This document shows, one piece after another, positions 1-12,936 of a stretch of 64,000 nt of DNA; the first letter of the stretch is position 1, and every line of letters begins with the position of its first letter. A program made the translations under genes and the position numbers. This DNA is from Takakia lepidozioides (Eukaryota > Plantae > Bryophyta): positions 92,566,001 to 92,630,000 of the forward strand of contig CM060731.1 in the NCBI GenBank assembly GCA_030704615.1, given 5' to 3'. Below the pieces are notes generated by a model. That model ran no database searches, had not been told where the DNA came from, and saw only the letters and a list, made by a program, of their open reading frames with translations.

Positions 1-3000
1 GATCTGGGAGCAGGGGCCGCAAATGGAAGAAGAATGTGGCCAAGGTTCAGCAGGTGTGACGGCAATTTCCTACAGAAAAATGGCCACCTTTAGCACCCAC
101 ATAACATTGTTGTTCCTTTTATAAGCCAGAGAAGAGAGGAAGGAGGAGGGAAGCAATGGTTTAGATTTTGTGTGAGTGTCAGTGAGGGTCCACAACAATT
201 ATCACCTCTCTTCAGTAAGAAGATTTACAGTTGCAGGAGCATAAATTTGAACTGGGGAAGAGTGCTGCAGGAACTTGTGTTCTTGGAGGAGGACGAGCAG
301 GCTCTGGAGGAGGTGTATCCACAAGGAGAGAAGGTGCCATGGTTCTTTGGTGATATGTTACTTCTTTTCGTGACAGTGGCGTTGGGAAAATGCAACCTAC
401 CTTATATGCAGCCCCAATAATGGGTTTGTACGCACTCAAGTAGACGTACTTTAATGAGTTTGAGATAGGCAGGTTCCGAATATGCACCAGGTACAAAGAT
501 ACCTCGCAGAAGTCTTCTTTCATTGGCAGCTGGCAGTCTAATTCTGAATGTGGAGCATGCAGTCATGCACTGAAACATTTACATATATGCCACATGGGTC
601 CTTGATTATGACAAAACACTGGAATGCTCCCTTGCTATGTGTTTGTGGTCCTGGCAGGCTGATACTTCGTGGGGGCTTACTGTCCTTGGTTACTTGGGAA
701 AGCTGCTATTTGGGATTATCGGGTGAGACTTCAACTTCCTGGCAATAGAAGCATGTCTCCAGTTGAAGTAACACACCGGGGATTGTGTCAAACATATCAA
801 CCCCAGGCCAATCAAGCCTCTTGTAAAATCTAGGTTAAGGCACATCTTTCAGGGGGAATATTCTTTGAATTTTCCAGCTAAACAAAATTGGATTGGAGAT
901 TTCTGTCCACGCATCCATGAGACTACGACACAATCTGAGGAAAGAAAGAACATAGTGCCCCAGTGGACGGAGGTGCAGGAGTTTGTCAATTCTGCCTTGT
1001 GAAATTGTCACTAAATTACAAGCTGCAAACTGAAAGGATAGAAAACACATTCACATAGATCTAGGTCGTCTTGTGAATTTCAGTTGAAGAGATGATTATA
1101 AACAGTGTGGATGGGATGGCATAAGCAGGCTGGCAGTGTCAACAGCATGGTTGCTGCACATTGTGATCTACATGCTCATTATTCCTCCACTCTCTCCCTT
1201 CCTGAATGAGTTTTTCATCCACCTTGACAGCGCCTGGGGTCTGTCCCTTCACCTCATTTTGTCGTTGTAATGGTTTTGATGTTGGTTAGAAATAGGCTGT
1301 GCAGACTAAAACAGCAGTCCATATGGGGATGATGAATGGACATGTTGGTGTTTTCTGTGTGTGTGTGATCTCTTGGCTCATTACAACTGTACCTTAGTCA
1401 AGCTGCAATTGTTTCTGTTGTAGAGATTGGCATCTTAGTGAAGTATTTCTTGGGAGTAGTTGGGATGTCTGGCTTGTTCTGGGATAATACAGTGGGGATG
1501 AAGTTGAAACTTTAAGAGTAACTAGCAGTCATTTCTACTTCTTTTGTTGGGCTTATGCAGGATTGCTAGGTACTGTGGCATTTGCATTTTTCTGCTTCTA
1601 TCTTATCCTGGCAGTGATCTCAGGAGAGATGCATCTGGGTCTCAATTTTCTGTTTATCACTGTCCATCCGATGAAGTACGTTATCTCTAGTCTTCCTGCA
1701 GCATTTCAGATGCTAATGTGGGGCATTGCGCCCTCTATTTTCATGCTTGGTAGCTGACCCAATAGGATATACTCTGTGGGCAGGTAAATGATATCTCAAT
1801 ATGATGTGCTGATGTTGGGACACTCATTTGGTTAAGCAGTTCATTGCTATCTACATTGGAGACTTTGGCTTAAAAGGCAGGAATGGTTTCTGTTATAAGC
1901 TAAAATTGGCGGGTCGTGTTCATGATCTTGGGATTTCCTGGAAGCACCCACTATGTTGAACTGAGAGTTAAGAAGACTTACTGACTAGGGAGCTGGTAAT
2001 GGTGGACAGGTGGGGTGGGACACTGATGAGCTCGTTCCTCTTCAATGTGGCCTTGATTTTGGTTTGCTCTATCAGGTTTGACTATCCTCCCTTCTATCCT
2101 ATATTAGTTTGTTGAGGATCTTCTCTGCATGATAGGTTTCTTTGCTCAGCCTTTGCAAGGTGGAGGATGCACTGTATTTGTACTTACTACCAGCCCTAAC
2201 CGCTACCACCCCCAACTCCATAGCTCCTGCTAGGACACGAAGTTGTGCTGTAACTGCTATGTCCAATTGCAGTGTAATTGCAGACCCTGGACTTTCCCTT
2301 GCTACTATAGGGCATCCATCAGAAGAAGGGAGAAAATTCCACACGTACTAGGAGGGGAAGGCCAGCGTATGATTGATAGAACAACCTAGTTTGTGATGTC
2401 ATGATTCGGTGGATTTGCTTGGACATCTTGTTTAGTTGCGTGTGGCATATTGTGATACCTATCCCTTTCTGACTCTGAAACTTCGATCAGGTTGCAATTC
2501 TCACCTAATGTGGTATTGCTGTGATGTCCTGGATGCAGTGTGATACAGTTCTGTGCAAAGGCTTTCGCATTGTACGCTCAAGCCACGGCCGTGCAAGAGA
2601 TTTTTGGCCACACATTGGAATCATTGCGGGGCATTAAATACCTTTTCAGGTTTTCTGCATCATCCACTCTCTTTTGGCTTCTCCATTTCTTTGATATGGA
2701 CTTCCAATTTAAGTGATGTAACAAACACTTGAGATTTCCTAACTAGTGTCTTTCTCCCTCAGGAAGTCTCCCATGGACTTGATAAGTTTCTTTCTTCCTT
2801 TCTCTTTTTTAACTTATGACGTCTCTCCTCCTTCAACGTCATGTAGATATAGAAGTCTTGAGCTGACTGGTTTGAGCTGATGTCCTGCAGGTACAATGTG
2901 TTTCAATATGCTTTCCTTGCTATTGCTGTCCTGACAACTGTATACTACTTGGCATTTGTAAGTTTTACCACTCTTCCCAAGTCTTATTCTTATAATGAAT

Positions 3001-3371
3001 GACGATGCTGGTTGATCCCACTGGCAATGTCCTAACCTCCCACCAATCTGAGTTGAAAATATGAGTCTGACAGTGGCATCTAATTCTCCAACTTGTACTG
3101 CAAGTGGGCCACAAACTGGGCCACAGGAGTCATCCCAGTGATGTCGGTCTGTCTACTTTGCATCAGAGCTTCCATTAAATATTTCTGGAAGTGTTGCATG
3201 GCACCTCTCAATAGTACCGGTTTGAAGACTAGTGGAGTGACCAGAACTACATGATAAATACATCTTTGCAGCTTTGGCACCTTGGTGATATCAATCTGAT
3301 CAACTCTTGCGGGCTGTGTTTGGTAGGGCTGGAGGAGGAAGAGATCAAGATCAATGTTCCAGCTGGAGTAA
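1..3371 (+). CDS. LMBR1-like (LMBR1 domain-containing) membrane protein, 3' part; exons <1-53, 271-333, 658-722, 1129-1238, 1561-1675, 2010-2075, 2539-2649, 2891-2957, 3327-3371
   Basis: GT-AG introns with consistent phases give ...[53 protein letters not shown]...[32 protein letters not shown]...[20 protein letters not shown]...[32 protein letters not shown]...[14 protein letters not shown]. This matches the C-terminus of plant LMBR1-like proteins. Confidence 0.93.
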
Positions 3372-3799
3372 GTGCCAAGCTTGTTTGGCGCAAATGTGCC
3401 TTTCAGACTGCAATTCGTAGGACGTTTGCATTCCTGGACAGGAAGCTATGAATTTGTTGCAAACATTCCCACATGCTACCTCATATAGTGCAACAAGGGT
3501 GCTACCATGATTTGCACTCTAATAGATCAGATGTAGCCGCAGCTGAGTCTCATGTGTTTCAAAGATGACAGGGTTGGGTGTTTGGTTCCCAGTGTAAGCT
3601 TTTACCTTCATTTTCACCAACAAGAAAGTGTGACCTGCATGATGTGATAGATGTAGTTACATTAATGTCAGCGATCTTTTGCCCAAGGCATTGTAATGTT
3701 CTGAATTGGCACAAATCGCAATGTAAGAATTTGGTTTTTGCATGCAATGTCTTTTTATGCCTACTTATTCCTGTGGGCTCACGTGAGCAAAGCTCGGAT

Positions 3800-4492
3800 T
3801 TTATAGTCCGTACCGAATATTACATTCCATCGGGAACATTTTGTGTTTTCTTTGTAAATCTTTCGGTGAGCTCATGTATATCCGCTCACATGAGCACAAC
3901 TTTGCTTTCATAGTGGCTCCGCTCACATGAAGCTCAGCACACATGAGCAGAACATTGTCTGCGTAGTCTGCACGGACTGTAGCATTGCAGATGCCAGAAT
4001 CGGTTGGAATGGCATTATTTTATTTTATAGTCTGCACCGACTATAAGATAAGGTTTCCACAGCACTCCTAAATGTGTTGATATTGGCTCACATGAAGTTG
4101 AGCTGGCATGAGCACAACATTCATTGTGTAGTCTGCACCGACTAAAGCGTAGCAGATGGCAGTTCTGTCGACTGCTTATAGTGTGCACCGACTATAAGAT
4201 TTGGTTCCCAAAGTTCTCCTCCAGATGCCGAAATCGGTTGGATTGGCAGTATTGTGGCTTATAGTCTGCACCGGCTATAAGGTAATGTCTCCAAAGTACT
4301 CCTATATGTGTTGCTTTGATATTGGCTCTGCTCACATGAAGTTCAGCTGACGTGAGCAGAACATTCATTGTGTAGTCTGCACCGACTATAGCGTAGCAGA
4401 TGGCACTATTGTCGACTGCTTATAGTGTGCACCGACTATAAGATTAGGTTTAGGGTGTTGAAGCATTCGATGGCTATAGTCGGTACCGATAA
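3800..4492. repeat. Degenerate tandem array carrying the hairpin motif TATAGTC-TGCACC-GACTATA
   Basis: About 7-9 copies (near 3964, 4026, 4128, 4178, 4260, 4372, 4421), interspersed with GCTCACATGAAG...TGAGC modules. Confidence 0.8.
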
Positions 4493-4624
4493 CCGTAGTT
4501 GACCGTTTCGATGGACCTCATCTTCAGACTTAGGCTTTCTCGTTGGCCACGCATACCCTGTTTTGATGTCGTTGGAGATGTGACTTGTAGGGATTGGATC
4601 TAGAGGACGACGGAGCAATGCCAA

Positions 4625-5946
4625 ATGTTAACATGTCTGAGTCCATGCATGCGAGCGGGCAGGCGGGAGTGGTGTCTTGAAGTGGACCTCTACATAGCCA
4701 CCCGAAACGACATGACAAGGGCAATTCTGCAATCATCGTCCTACAACAATTATCTAAAGGGTGGTGCAAAGGGTTCTGGGCCCGACCGCGAACAATTATT
4801 AGCACGGGCGGCAGCGCGGTCTTCAAATCCTCTTAAGATGGCTGAAGCGGTAAGAAGTTTTGGGAAGGCACTCCTCTCCATGGTAGAAATCCAGGGCTCG
4901 AGGGTTACCTTCTCACTAGGACAACGAAGCGGAAGATTGTTCTCGGCAACTTACAAGACGAGGAACACTTTCATTCATGGAGGTCTGACATGAATCTCCG
5001 CACCACACCCAGGCGCCCTGAAGGTGCCGGAGAACAAAGACTGCAGACAACTACTGTAGACACCTTGGAGGATGACCTTCCATTACAAAACAAAAAACCG
5101 GTTTTGGAGACCGCCGTGTCCACAGCATGCTGGCACATCGCCCGGACCTCGAACACTTCAAGAGTGAAGTGCTGGGTAGTATGGTCTAACAATGAACAAC
5201 TATTCAAAGAGAAAATCCGGCCACTCCACAGGTTGGGTGTTCCTGTTCCAAGATATGTCGGTCACCACCATCCTCCGGCTATGGTAAAACCAAAGATAAT
5301 GGAAATGTGGCACTGTCCAACAGATATCGTGTACCGCGTCGGTGGTGAAGCAGGGCGATATGTGCTTGACAAACCAGATGTTCCCGACGTGTGGCCTGTG
5401 ATGGTTGGGACAAATTTAAGTCAGGATGAGGTTGACGCATTGACCCAAGCTGGATTTCAACTTGTTCCTACTGACGACAAGAGCACTGTCGAGGGTGAGT
5501 GGGACAGTGCTACGGATAATACCAATCACCTGGATCCGGACACATATGCCACCAAGAGATGGGGAAAAATATATCGGCGAAAGCCACTGAGTGCACAAGT
5601 CCTTAAGAAGATCGAGTTGGAACAATCTTTGAAGGCAATTGTGCAATCATTCAAAGATGTTCTCCGCCCTGGAATTTGTCGTGTGTACATACTGTGCACA
5701 CCGGGATCAGCCAAAGCAGGGGAGGTGTACAATGTCTGCATCTCCAGAAGTCCGGAGTGCACCTGCCCTGACTTTGGCAAAATGAAAAGGTCCAAAGGAG
5801 CTTACACCCATTGCAAGCATATATATTATATTATATTGCGCCGCCTGAAGATGCGGGAAGACTCGGAGGACATAAACCACCCAATTTCACCATAAATGAG
5901 GTGAAGGCAATGTTAGTTCGCGACCTTTGTCCTTGGTTACCATAGT
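4625..5946 (+). pseudogene. SWIM zinc-finger protein gene, frameshifted, probably TE-associated
   Basis: ORFs 4625-4993 and 4990-5895. SWIM signature YNVCISRSPECTCPDF...THCKHIYYII (CxC-n-CxH). A likely frameshifted tail continues to ~5946. Confidence 0.6.
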
Positions 5947-6339
5947 GAACCCCCAGATATCCTGGCCGACTATGGTGTCATCAGATGCACTACTTAGTGA
6001 GGCCCAAATTTTCAGTGAGTAAACACTCGGTTTTTTTGTGCCACCTTCAACTGTTTGGTATCGTCCACTGATATGCGTGGATTTGAATATTGCGGATTAA
6101 ATTTTCTCTTGTACACTACTTTAAGAGCTTCAATGCTCTTCAATGCTGATGTAGTGATCAAGGCAACCCACACACCTTGTTTGCATGCTTTCTGAACTAC
6201 TCCAAAAGCTAGGATCCATGTCTTTCATGGTATCGTCCACATTTGAAATGACATGTGAAACACTTGTTGTCGAACTCTTACAGACCCGTACCACGTTATC
6301 TCAGTACCCTGCCATAAACATTGGAACAACGGTCCATAC

Positions 6340-7500
6340 AAACAGTGACACAATACACGGTCGATTTTGTTGAAATGATAGCTGTGAGGCTTGAGCGTAT
6401 GCAATTTAGTATTTACAACGGAACTTTATTTACTCGAGGGACCAGTACTGCTACTGGAGCGCAATTGATGGTGCGAGTGCTTTGTTGATTGGAGCTGTCA
6501 CAACCAATGTCAACAATCCTATTTACTGTAAGGTGTTTGATGCTATTGTTGTTCCTCAAGCTGAATTTTGCAGTAGTCTTTTTGCTATTCCCATGCCAAC
6601 AACATCAGGTCTTCTAAGACTGTCATGCTCAAATGAACGTATCAGCCACGGCCCACCATAAATAGAATGAATTGGAGATTTGGTACTCAAGTGATGGTTT
6701 CATGTTGGTGGTGGCTGATACGAAATTCGGAATATGGCAGTCTCAGTGGACTTGATGTTGTTGGCATGGGAGTAGCAAAACGATTCATGTAGAAATCAGC
6801 TACATGAACATCGGTAGTATCAAACACTTTGCAGTACATATGATTCTTGAGATTGTTTGCACAGATTATTTATGTTTGTGCCTTCAAGTGGCGAATATTT
6901 CTGCCATAGTGCACAAGAGGTGCATTGGCTAGCAGCCACATTAAACGGTTGATGTGATACCATTTCACAAATATATCACATCGCATTTGTGAAAATGTAT
7001 CTTATGAACCGTTTCATGTGGCCTAGGGGAGTCTTCGACAAGTACGAGATCACTGTGGCCTGGGGGGAGGCATGATTGGCAGTCGAGGACGCGTTAACTT
7101 GCACCAACAAACATGAGATCAATTCAGAAACGCTTCAAGTGACGAACGAAATGGTTCATCATCCAAATGTTGAACATGTTGAGGTCTTATGTAATGTTTC
7201 TTGCTTCGTAATGAGGTGCTTCTCCAGCTCTTCTTTTTCCAATCTGGTGACACTCTCGACTCGAACAGATCCACACATGTATATAGAAATCCTTAAAAAA
7301 CCAAATGATCATCAAAATTTGAAGTTGGGGATGAGGCTTCAAGTTTTGATGGTATTTTTTATGGTTTTTGAAGGAATTTTGTACACATCTATGACTCTGT
7401 TCTAGGTCAAGAATATCACCAGAAAGAGGATATGGAGAAGCACCGCATTATGAAGCAAAAGACACTACATAAAAGAGCTTCAAAAAGCAATGCACCCATG
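6340..7500 (-). repeat. Dispersed repeat segment, inverted homolog of ~35400-36560, containing internal foldbacks
   Basis: For example, 6340-6520 is the approximate reverse complement of 36380-36560, and 6940-7020 of 35860-35945. Confidence 0.8.
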
Positions 7501-8339
7501 AAAGGAGCTTGATCAATGGGCGATCGAATGATTGACCATCGAAATGATTTTTGTTCGTTGTCAAACTTTGCCACTATGTTCAACATACCATGTAACAGGT
7601 CCTGGTCTAATATGAGATGAAACGAAATTCAATCAATGGGCAATGAAATGGTTGACCATCCAAATGATTTTTTTTTGCTTTCAAACATTGCCACTATGTT
7701 CAACATACCATGTAACAGGTCCCGATCTAATATGAGATTAAACGAAATTCATTCATTGGGCGATCGAATGGTTGAGCATCCAAATGATTTTTATTTGCTT
7801 TCAAACTTTGCCACTATGTTCAACATTCCATGTAACAGGTCCCGGTCTAATATGAGATGAAACGAAATTCAATCAATGGGCAATTGAATGGTTGACCATT
7901 CAAATGATTTTTGTTTGCTTTCAAATTTTGCCATTATATTCAACATACCATGTAACAGGTCCCAGGCTAATATGAGATGAAACAAAATTCAATCATTGGG
8001 TGATTGAATGGTTGAGCATCCAAATGATTTTTGTTTGCTTTCAAACTTGCCACTATGTTCAACATACCATGTAACAGGTCCCGGGCTAATATGAGATAAA
8101 ACGAAATTCATTCAATGGGCCAACGGATGGTTGCCCATCCAAATGGTTTTTGTACGCTTTGAAACTTTGCCAGTATCTTCAATGTAACATCTAACAGGTC
8201 CCACAGTAATACGAGATCAAACGAAATTTGTTCAATGGGCCAACGGATGGTTGCCCATCCAAATGGTTTTTGTTTGCTTTGAGACTTTGCCAGTATGTTC
8301 AATGTACCATCTGACAGGTCCCAGAATAATATGAGATCA
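7500..8339. repeat. 120-bp tandem repeat, about 7 units
   Basis: The unit TCAAACTTTGCCACTATGTTCAACATACCATGTAACAGGTCCCG...ATGAGAT recurs at 7561, 7681, 7801 and 7921 (period 120). Confidence 0.9.
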
Positions 8340-9175
8340 GTGGCTAGACGATGCAACTTCTCCAGTGTCATCGTGGGCTTAAGAGCGCGGGAGTAGTGCT
8401 TCCCCACCTCCACCAGAAAGTCAGCACCAAGGGCGGGATCAGCAATGGCCACGTACTTCACCATCCGCGACTTGTACTTGATGCGAGCCTTCGCATCCGC
8501 AGCTTTCAGATACGATTCCAGTGCCGGGAGGGTTAGTTTCTTCTCCTCCGACTCCATGTAGAACCTCCTCGCATGTGCCAAATCCTGCTCAATTTTCGTC
8601 TGTCAACAATGCGCACATAAGATTAGAAATCCTGGTCCACACTTTTTCTTCTATTGGGGGAGCAAAGACTGATTACGTCAACAAAAGAAGAGAGCGCTAT
8701 ACCCGAAATATGTAGTCCACCATGGCGTCCATGCTCAGTCCATACTAGGTTCTGTCTGCCTTTGCCTCCGACTTGCGCAATAGGTTGGCACTGAGCGAAT
8801 TGGCAAACTCTTGCACCCCCTGCTTCCCAACATCCTTCACTCGGAAGAGCATGTGGGACAAGTTGGTGGCAATGAAGGCATTCTCATTCACCCTGCAATG
8901 CCACATTTCCATTAAATGATACTGAAATGAGAATTTGCAACAAATATGACGATTGGCAATGAAATGAGTGTTGCAAATTCAAAGTTCCAGAGCAAGAGGC
9001 ATTGTAACTTACGAGTTGATGTCTGCTATAGCAGCTTTGAGAAGACTGCGATCTTTTGGCCCCGCAACCTTCAGCACAACACACTCCACGACGTAATGCC
9101 AATCCAGGTCGTTGGGGTGGGCTTGGGCTATGTGCTCCATCCATGCCAGGAGGCGATGGTTGCCGTCCACACGTA
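8340..9175 (-). pseudogene. ParB-amino-methyltransferase gene copy A, inverted 5' fragment (DGNHRL exon end plus two exons)
   Basis: Minus strand encodes DGNHRLLAWMEHIAQAHPNDLDW...ADINS and AHARRFYMESEEK...LHRLAT, near-identical to copy B exons. Confidence 0.85.
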
Positions 9176-9336
9176 AAGCACACTTATTCAAGCACATGCG
9201 GGCAAAAATTGGGCTTCAACCACATCCGTTCAATGGGTGCAATAGCCGTTCACCCATGAGAGGATTTTTTTTTCCCAATGAATAAAATTGGATGATAGGT
9301 GAACGCCTCATTGGCCCATTTAACAAATTTTGTTTA

Positions 9337-12300
9337 CCTGTGTGGATGCAACAGAGAAGGTTATACATTCTTAACCAAATTCTCTTGTGGCAACAATTCG
9401 TTTCGTGGTGTCTTGCGCTTACTAATATGCACGTTGCTTGGACAGACCCGGTGGCTCCAAATCGGGAAAGGGTTCCAGAGTACACGGGACTTGTGGAGCT
9501 TCCCAAAACCCGACAAACTGTCCGACCCCACATTCGACATGTGGATGAACCGCATGACATGGTGGTTTTAGGTACTTTCCCACGCTTCATTTGGCGCTTC
9601 TACTCTTGTATCGGGTGGATTTTATTTCTTGAGGAATGCGGTCTGATGGAGAATCTCCGCAGGTGACAACGAATGCGCAAGAGCAACTTGACACCCAAGC
9701 ACATCAGTTCAAGCTGGAGATTGCAGGAGAAGCAGAGAGCCTCCGCGACTATGTGACGAGGTACTTTCTGCTATACAAAACCGACCTGTTCTTTCGAGAG
9801 ATACCACATGCCCGCCGGAGCCACGAGTTCACCGACCAGCCGAACGCGGACAAAGCGGCAATGCGCCTTCTGTACATGTAAATATGCGGTGCTCCTCTTT
9901 TATCCGTGGCAATTGCAGTCCCTAGAGTTCGTGGATGTAAAACGCCTTGTGTGGGGCATGACAATTGGTTGTGAAGAAATGGCTAAGTCCCTGGGGTGCC
10001 TGCCCTCGAGACAGGGAAAAAGGCGCCGAATTTCCAGTCTCGGTGGAAGCCACCCCAGGGACCAGCCATTTGGAAGCCCCGAATCTGGAAATTCGGTGCC
10101 ATTTTCTCAGCAAGTCCAATGAGGGGCTGGCCACGATACGGGAAAAATGGCGCCGAATTTGCAGTTTAGGTGCCATCCACCCTGGGGACTTAGCCATTTC
10201 TTGCCCTCGGAACTGGAAATTCGGCGCCATTTTTCCCAGTTGGGCCCAAAAATGGCTAAGTCCCAAAAGGGGCTAGCCCCTAACCTGGAAAAATGGCGCC
10301 GAATTTCCAGTATCGGTGCCAGCCACCCCAGGGACTTAGCCATTTCCGGGGCACGGAACTGGAAATTCGGCGCCATTTTCCCAGGTTGGGTCCGAAAGTG
10401 GCTGGGTCCCAGAAGGGGCTGGCCCCCAACCTGGAAAAATGGCGCCGAATTTCCAGTTTCGGTTTCAGGGCACCCCAGGGACTTAGCCATTTCTGGGGCC
10501 CGAAAGTGGAAATTCGGCGCCATTTTTCTAGGTTGGACCCCAAAACGGCTAAGTCCCAGAATGGGCTGCCTCGCCCTCGAGAAAAATGGCGCCGAATTAC
10601 CACTTTCGTTGCCCGGCACCCTGGGGAGCCGGGACCAGCGGGCCCACCCCGCATGGAAATTCGGCGTCATTTTTACAGTTTCTTGACGAAACATTAACCT
10701 CATTCCCGGGACCTGATTCTCTGTGGGTTTCTTGAATGCAGGTACTGCAAGTTCTCCCTGTTGGAGAAAGGTCATCTGTCCTTCGAGCCGCCATTCTTCC
10801 TCACATGGAAGAACCCTGGCTCTGACTCAATGTACACTGACATTATCGTGAAAGAGTGGCATCTGGAGCATTTGCGCGACTGCCCTTGGTATGTGGACCT
10901 TCCGTCGGGAGGGCTTGACGCCTCTGAGTTTCAATTGAAGCTGGATGCTGAAGACCGCCGAAACCGGGCTCTGCTGCCTCCGCCGGGTCCAAAGGAGAAA
11001 AGGTTGAAGAAAATGACACGGAAACAAGGGATTGCAGTAACCCCAAAAAAACAGAAAACCAGCGGGGCGCGAGAGGAGGCGCAGGAGGGGCCCGAAGGGA
11101 GTGACTCCGATGACGTCTTTGTGCAAAGTCCTGCCACTGCTGCTGCTGCTACCAAGTCACCGGTAGTCCGGGTTCCCAAGTCAGTTCGGATCGGGACTGG
11201 CTCTGCCAAGAAGTTGGCATTTGAGGGCGAGCCTACACGGCAGTATTCGGCGATGACATTTTCCCACAGGCCAAAGCTAGAACCCCCAACAATCATCCAA
11301 TGCATCAATGAGAGCTTCCTTGACGCTCTGGCTGCCAGGGCGAAAAAGGTGGCACATAGCAAGTCTCTGGAGGAGCTGGTGTGCCCACCTGAGCACGGAT
11401 TGTAAGAGCACACCGGGGGGGGGGGGGGGGGGGTGAGGTGGAGAGAGCCTGCGATATGATTCTCCTCGATATTCCAGATGGGCAGCTGCTGGAGGGCCTG
11501 GATGGTGTGCCCACTGGGACAAGTTTACTGAGGACTACTGGAAAGCCAGGTTTGGGCTGGCGGGGATGCTCCTGGATGACGGTGGATGTATGGTGGTCCT
11601 TGCCACAAGAGGGAAGACGATAGAGAATGTTGTGGCAAAGTGGACACCGAAAAGTACCACCCCGGTCCTCCTCAAAAAATGGTTCTGCATCAATACGCAG
11701 GGGTTGCGAACAGAGGGCCAGAGTGTAAGTTATCAATCTATTGCCTTCACTTCATATCATGGTGTATCTAAACTAGACCTTGGAGTTGATCCCTCTTTTG
11801 TTGGATATGCAGACATTGGTGTTTGAGGCATATTGTTTTGTGAAGAGAGGGTCTACGTTCAAATTCCGCAACGACGGTCGTCTTGTTGATGCCGTTGTGG
11901 ACCCTCTTACCTACGATGTCCTCTACAACTATGTGCCCCACTCCAGTATGCCGAAGGACACAAAGACAGGCAAACCGTGGCGGTACATCCGGACCCGGAG
12001 CCCTTGCTTTCATCCAAACCCTCATGGAGACGTGCTCCGATGTCCAAGGGCGAATTCTTGACCTCACATATGGCACGGGTAAGCCTTCACGTGCATAGTA
12101 TGTCCCCTGGCCCGATTACAATTGCATACCGCATGCTATTAACCGCCCGCTTTGTCCCTCAGGTGCTTCAATGTGGGCTAGGACATTGTACGACAGGCAT
12201 GTCTTCGCCTTCAAGCCAGATACTGCCCTCCACAACTCGGAACTAGCAGCGGCTGAACGTTTGCCAAAAGAGGAAGATGCATCCTCGGAGGATGAGGAAG

Positions 12301-12936
12301 AATCCGAGAAGGAGCAGGGGGAGGTACAAGTTGGGATCGAGGCCGAGGAGCCCCCGGTTTACGAATGAGTGGTCGCATTGTAAGTTGCCTCCTGCCATTC
12401 GTGAGGCACCTCCCTTCACTCTCTTATTTCATTGCCCGACCCTTTCTGCTTCTGCTGGTATTGACATTCTTGAAGTGGATTTGTTCTTACTGCAAGATGC
12501 CAAGTATTGCAGGAGGGACTTCTACACCGCAGTTCGTGGGCAGGAGGAACGTGCCTTTTTTTGCCAGGGGGGATTTCATGCCGAGTCCAGAAAGGGACTA
12601 CATCCTTCCTGCTTATGTTGCCCGGCTTGCTTCGGTGTCCATTAGGAGGTCTTCCGAACCTAGTCGTGTACAGCAGATTTTAGATGAGGCGAGCCTCAAG
12701 AAAATTCAGCTATTAGAGCTCGTCATGCTCGTAGATTTGTCTTGGATTCTGCTGAGGAAAGTGGGGGAGAAGAGGCAGAAGAGTCCCTGGAGGTGAGGTG
12801 GACAGTCCCCCAAGGAGAGGACGGTATTTTTGAGAGGCATAGTGGAACTGATGCATCTCAGAGCTCAGAGGATGGGGGGGATGAGGGGGATGAGGAGGAA
12901 GGTGGGGCAAGTTCCTCGGAGGGTGTAGGAGAGTAG
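9337..12936 (+). pseudogene. ParB-amino-methyltransferase gene copy A, 3' part with the complete beta-class N4/N6 DNA MTase domain
   Basis: Spliced/frameshift-corrected translation: CDMILLDIPDG (motif IV, 11468-11482); LLDDGGCMVVL; intron 11725-11776; GKPWR...IQTLMETCSDVQGRILDLTYGTG; intron 12079-12162; then ASMWARTLYDRHVFAFKPD (motifs I-II). Stop at 12368, with a possible further acidic coding stretch to 12936. Contains frameshifts. Confidence 0.8.
9975..10680. repeat. Intronic tandem array of AAATTCGGCGCCATTTT and AAATGGCTAAGTCCC motifs in alternating orientation (copy A)
   Basis: Motifs recur about every 73 bp, 146-bp super-period, between the exons ending ...MRLLY and starting YCKFSL. 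Confidence 0.9.

Noticed and set aside
9922-10775. Many overlapping MAPNFQ.../EIRRHFS ORFs (also 28265-28860, 45434-46409, 56779-57983)
   Set aside because: Translations of tandem repeats lying in an intron or intergenic spacer.
11415-11433. Poly-G tracts (also 59495-59520) as functional G-quadruplexes
   Set aside because: Length differs between copies (about 10 G in copy B), consistent with slippage or sequencing error.
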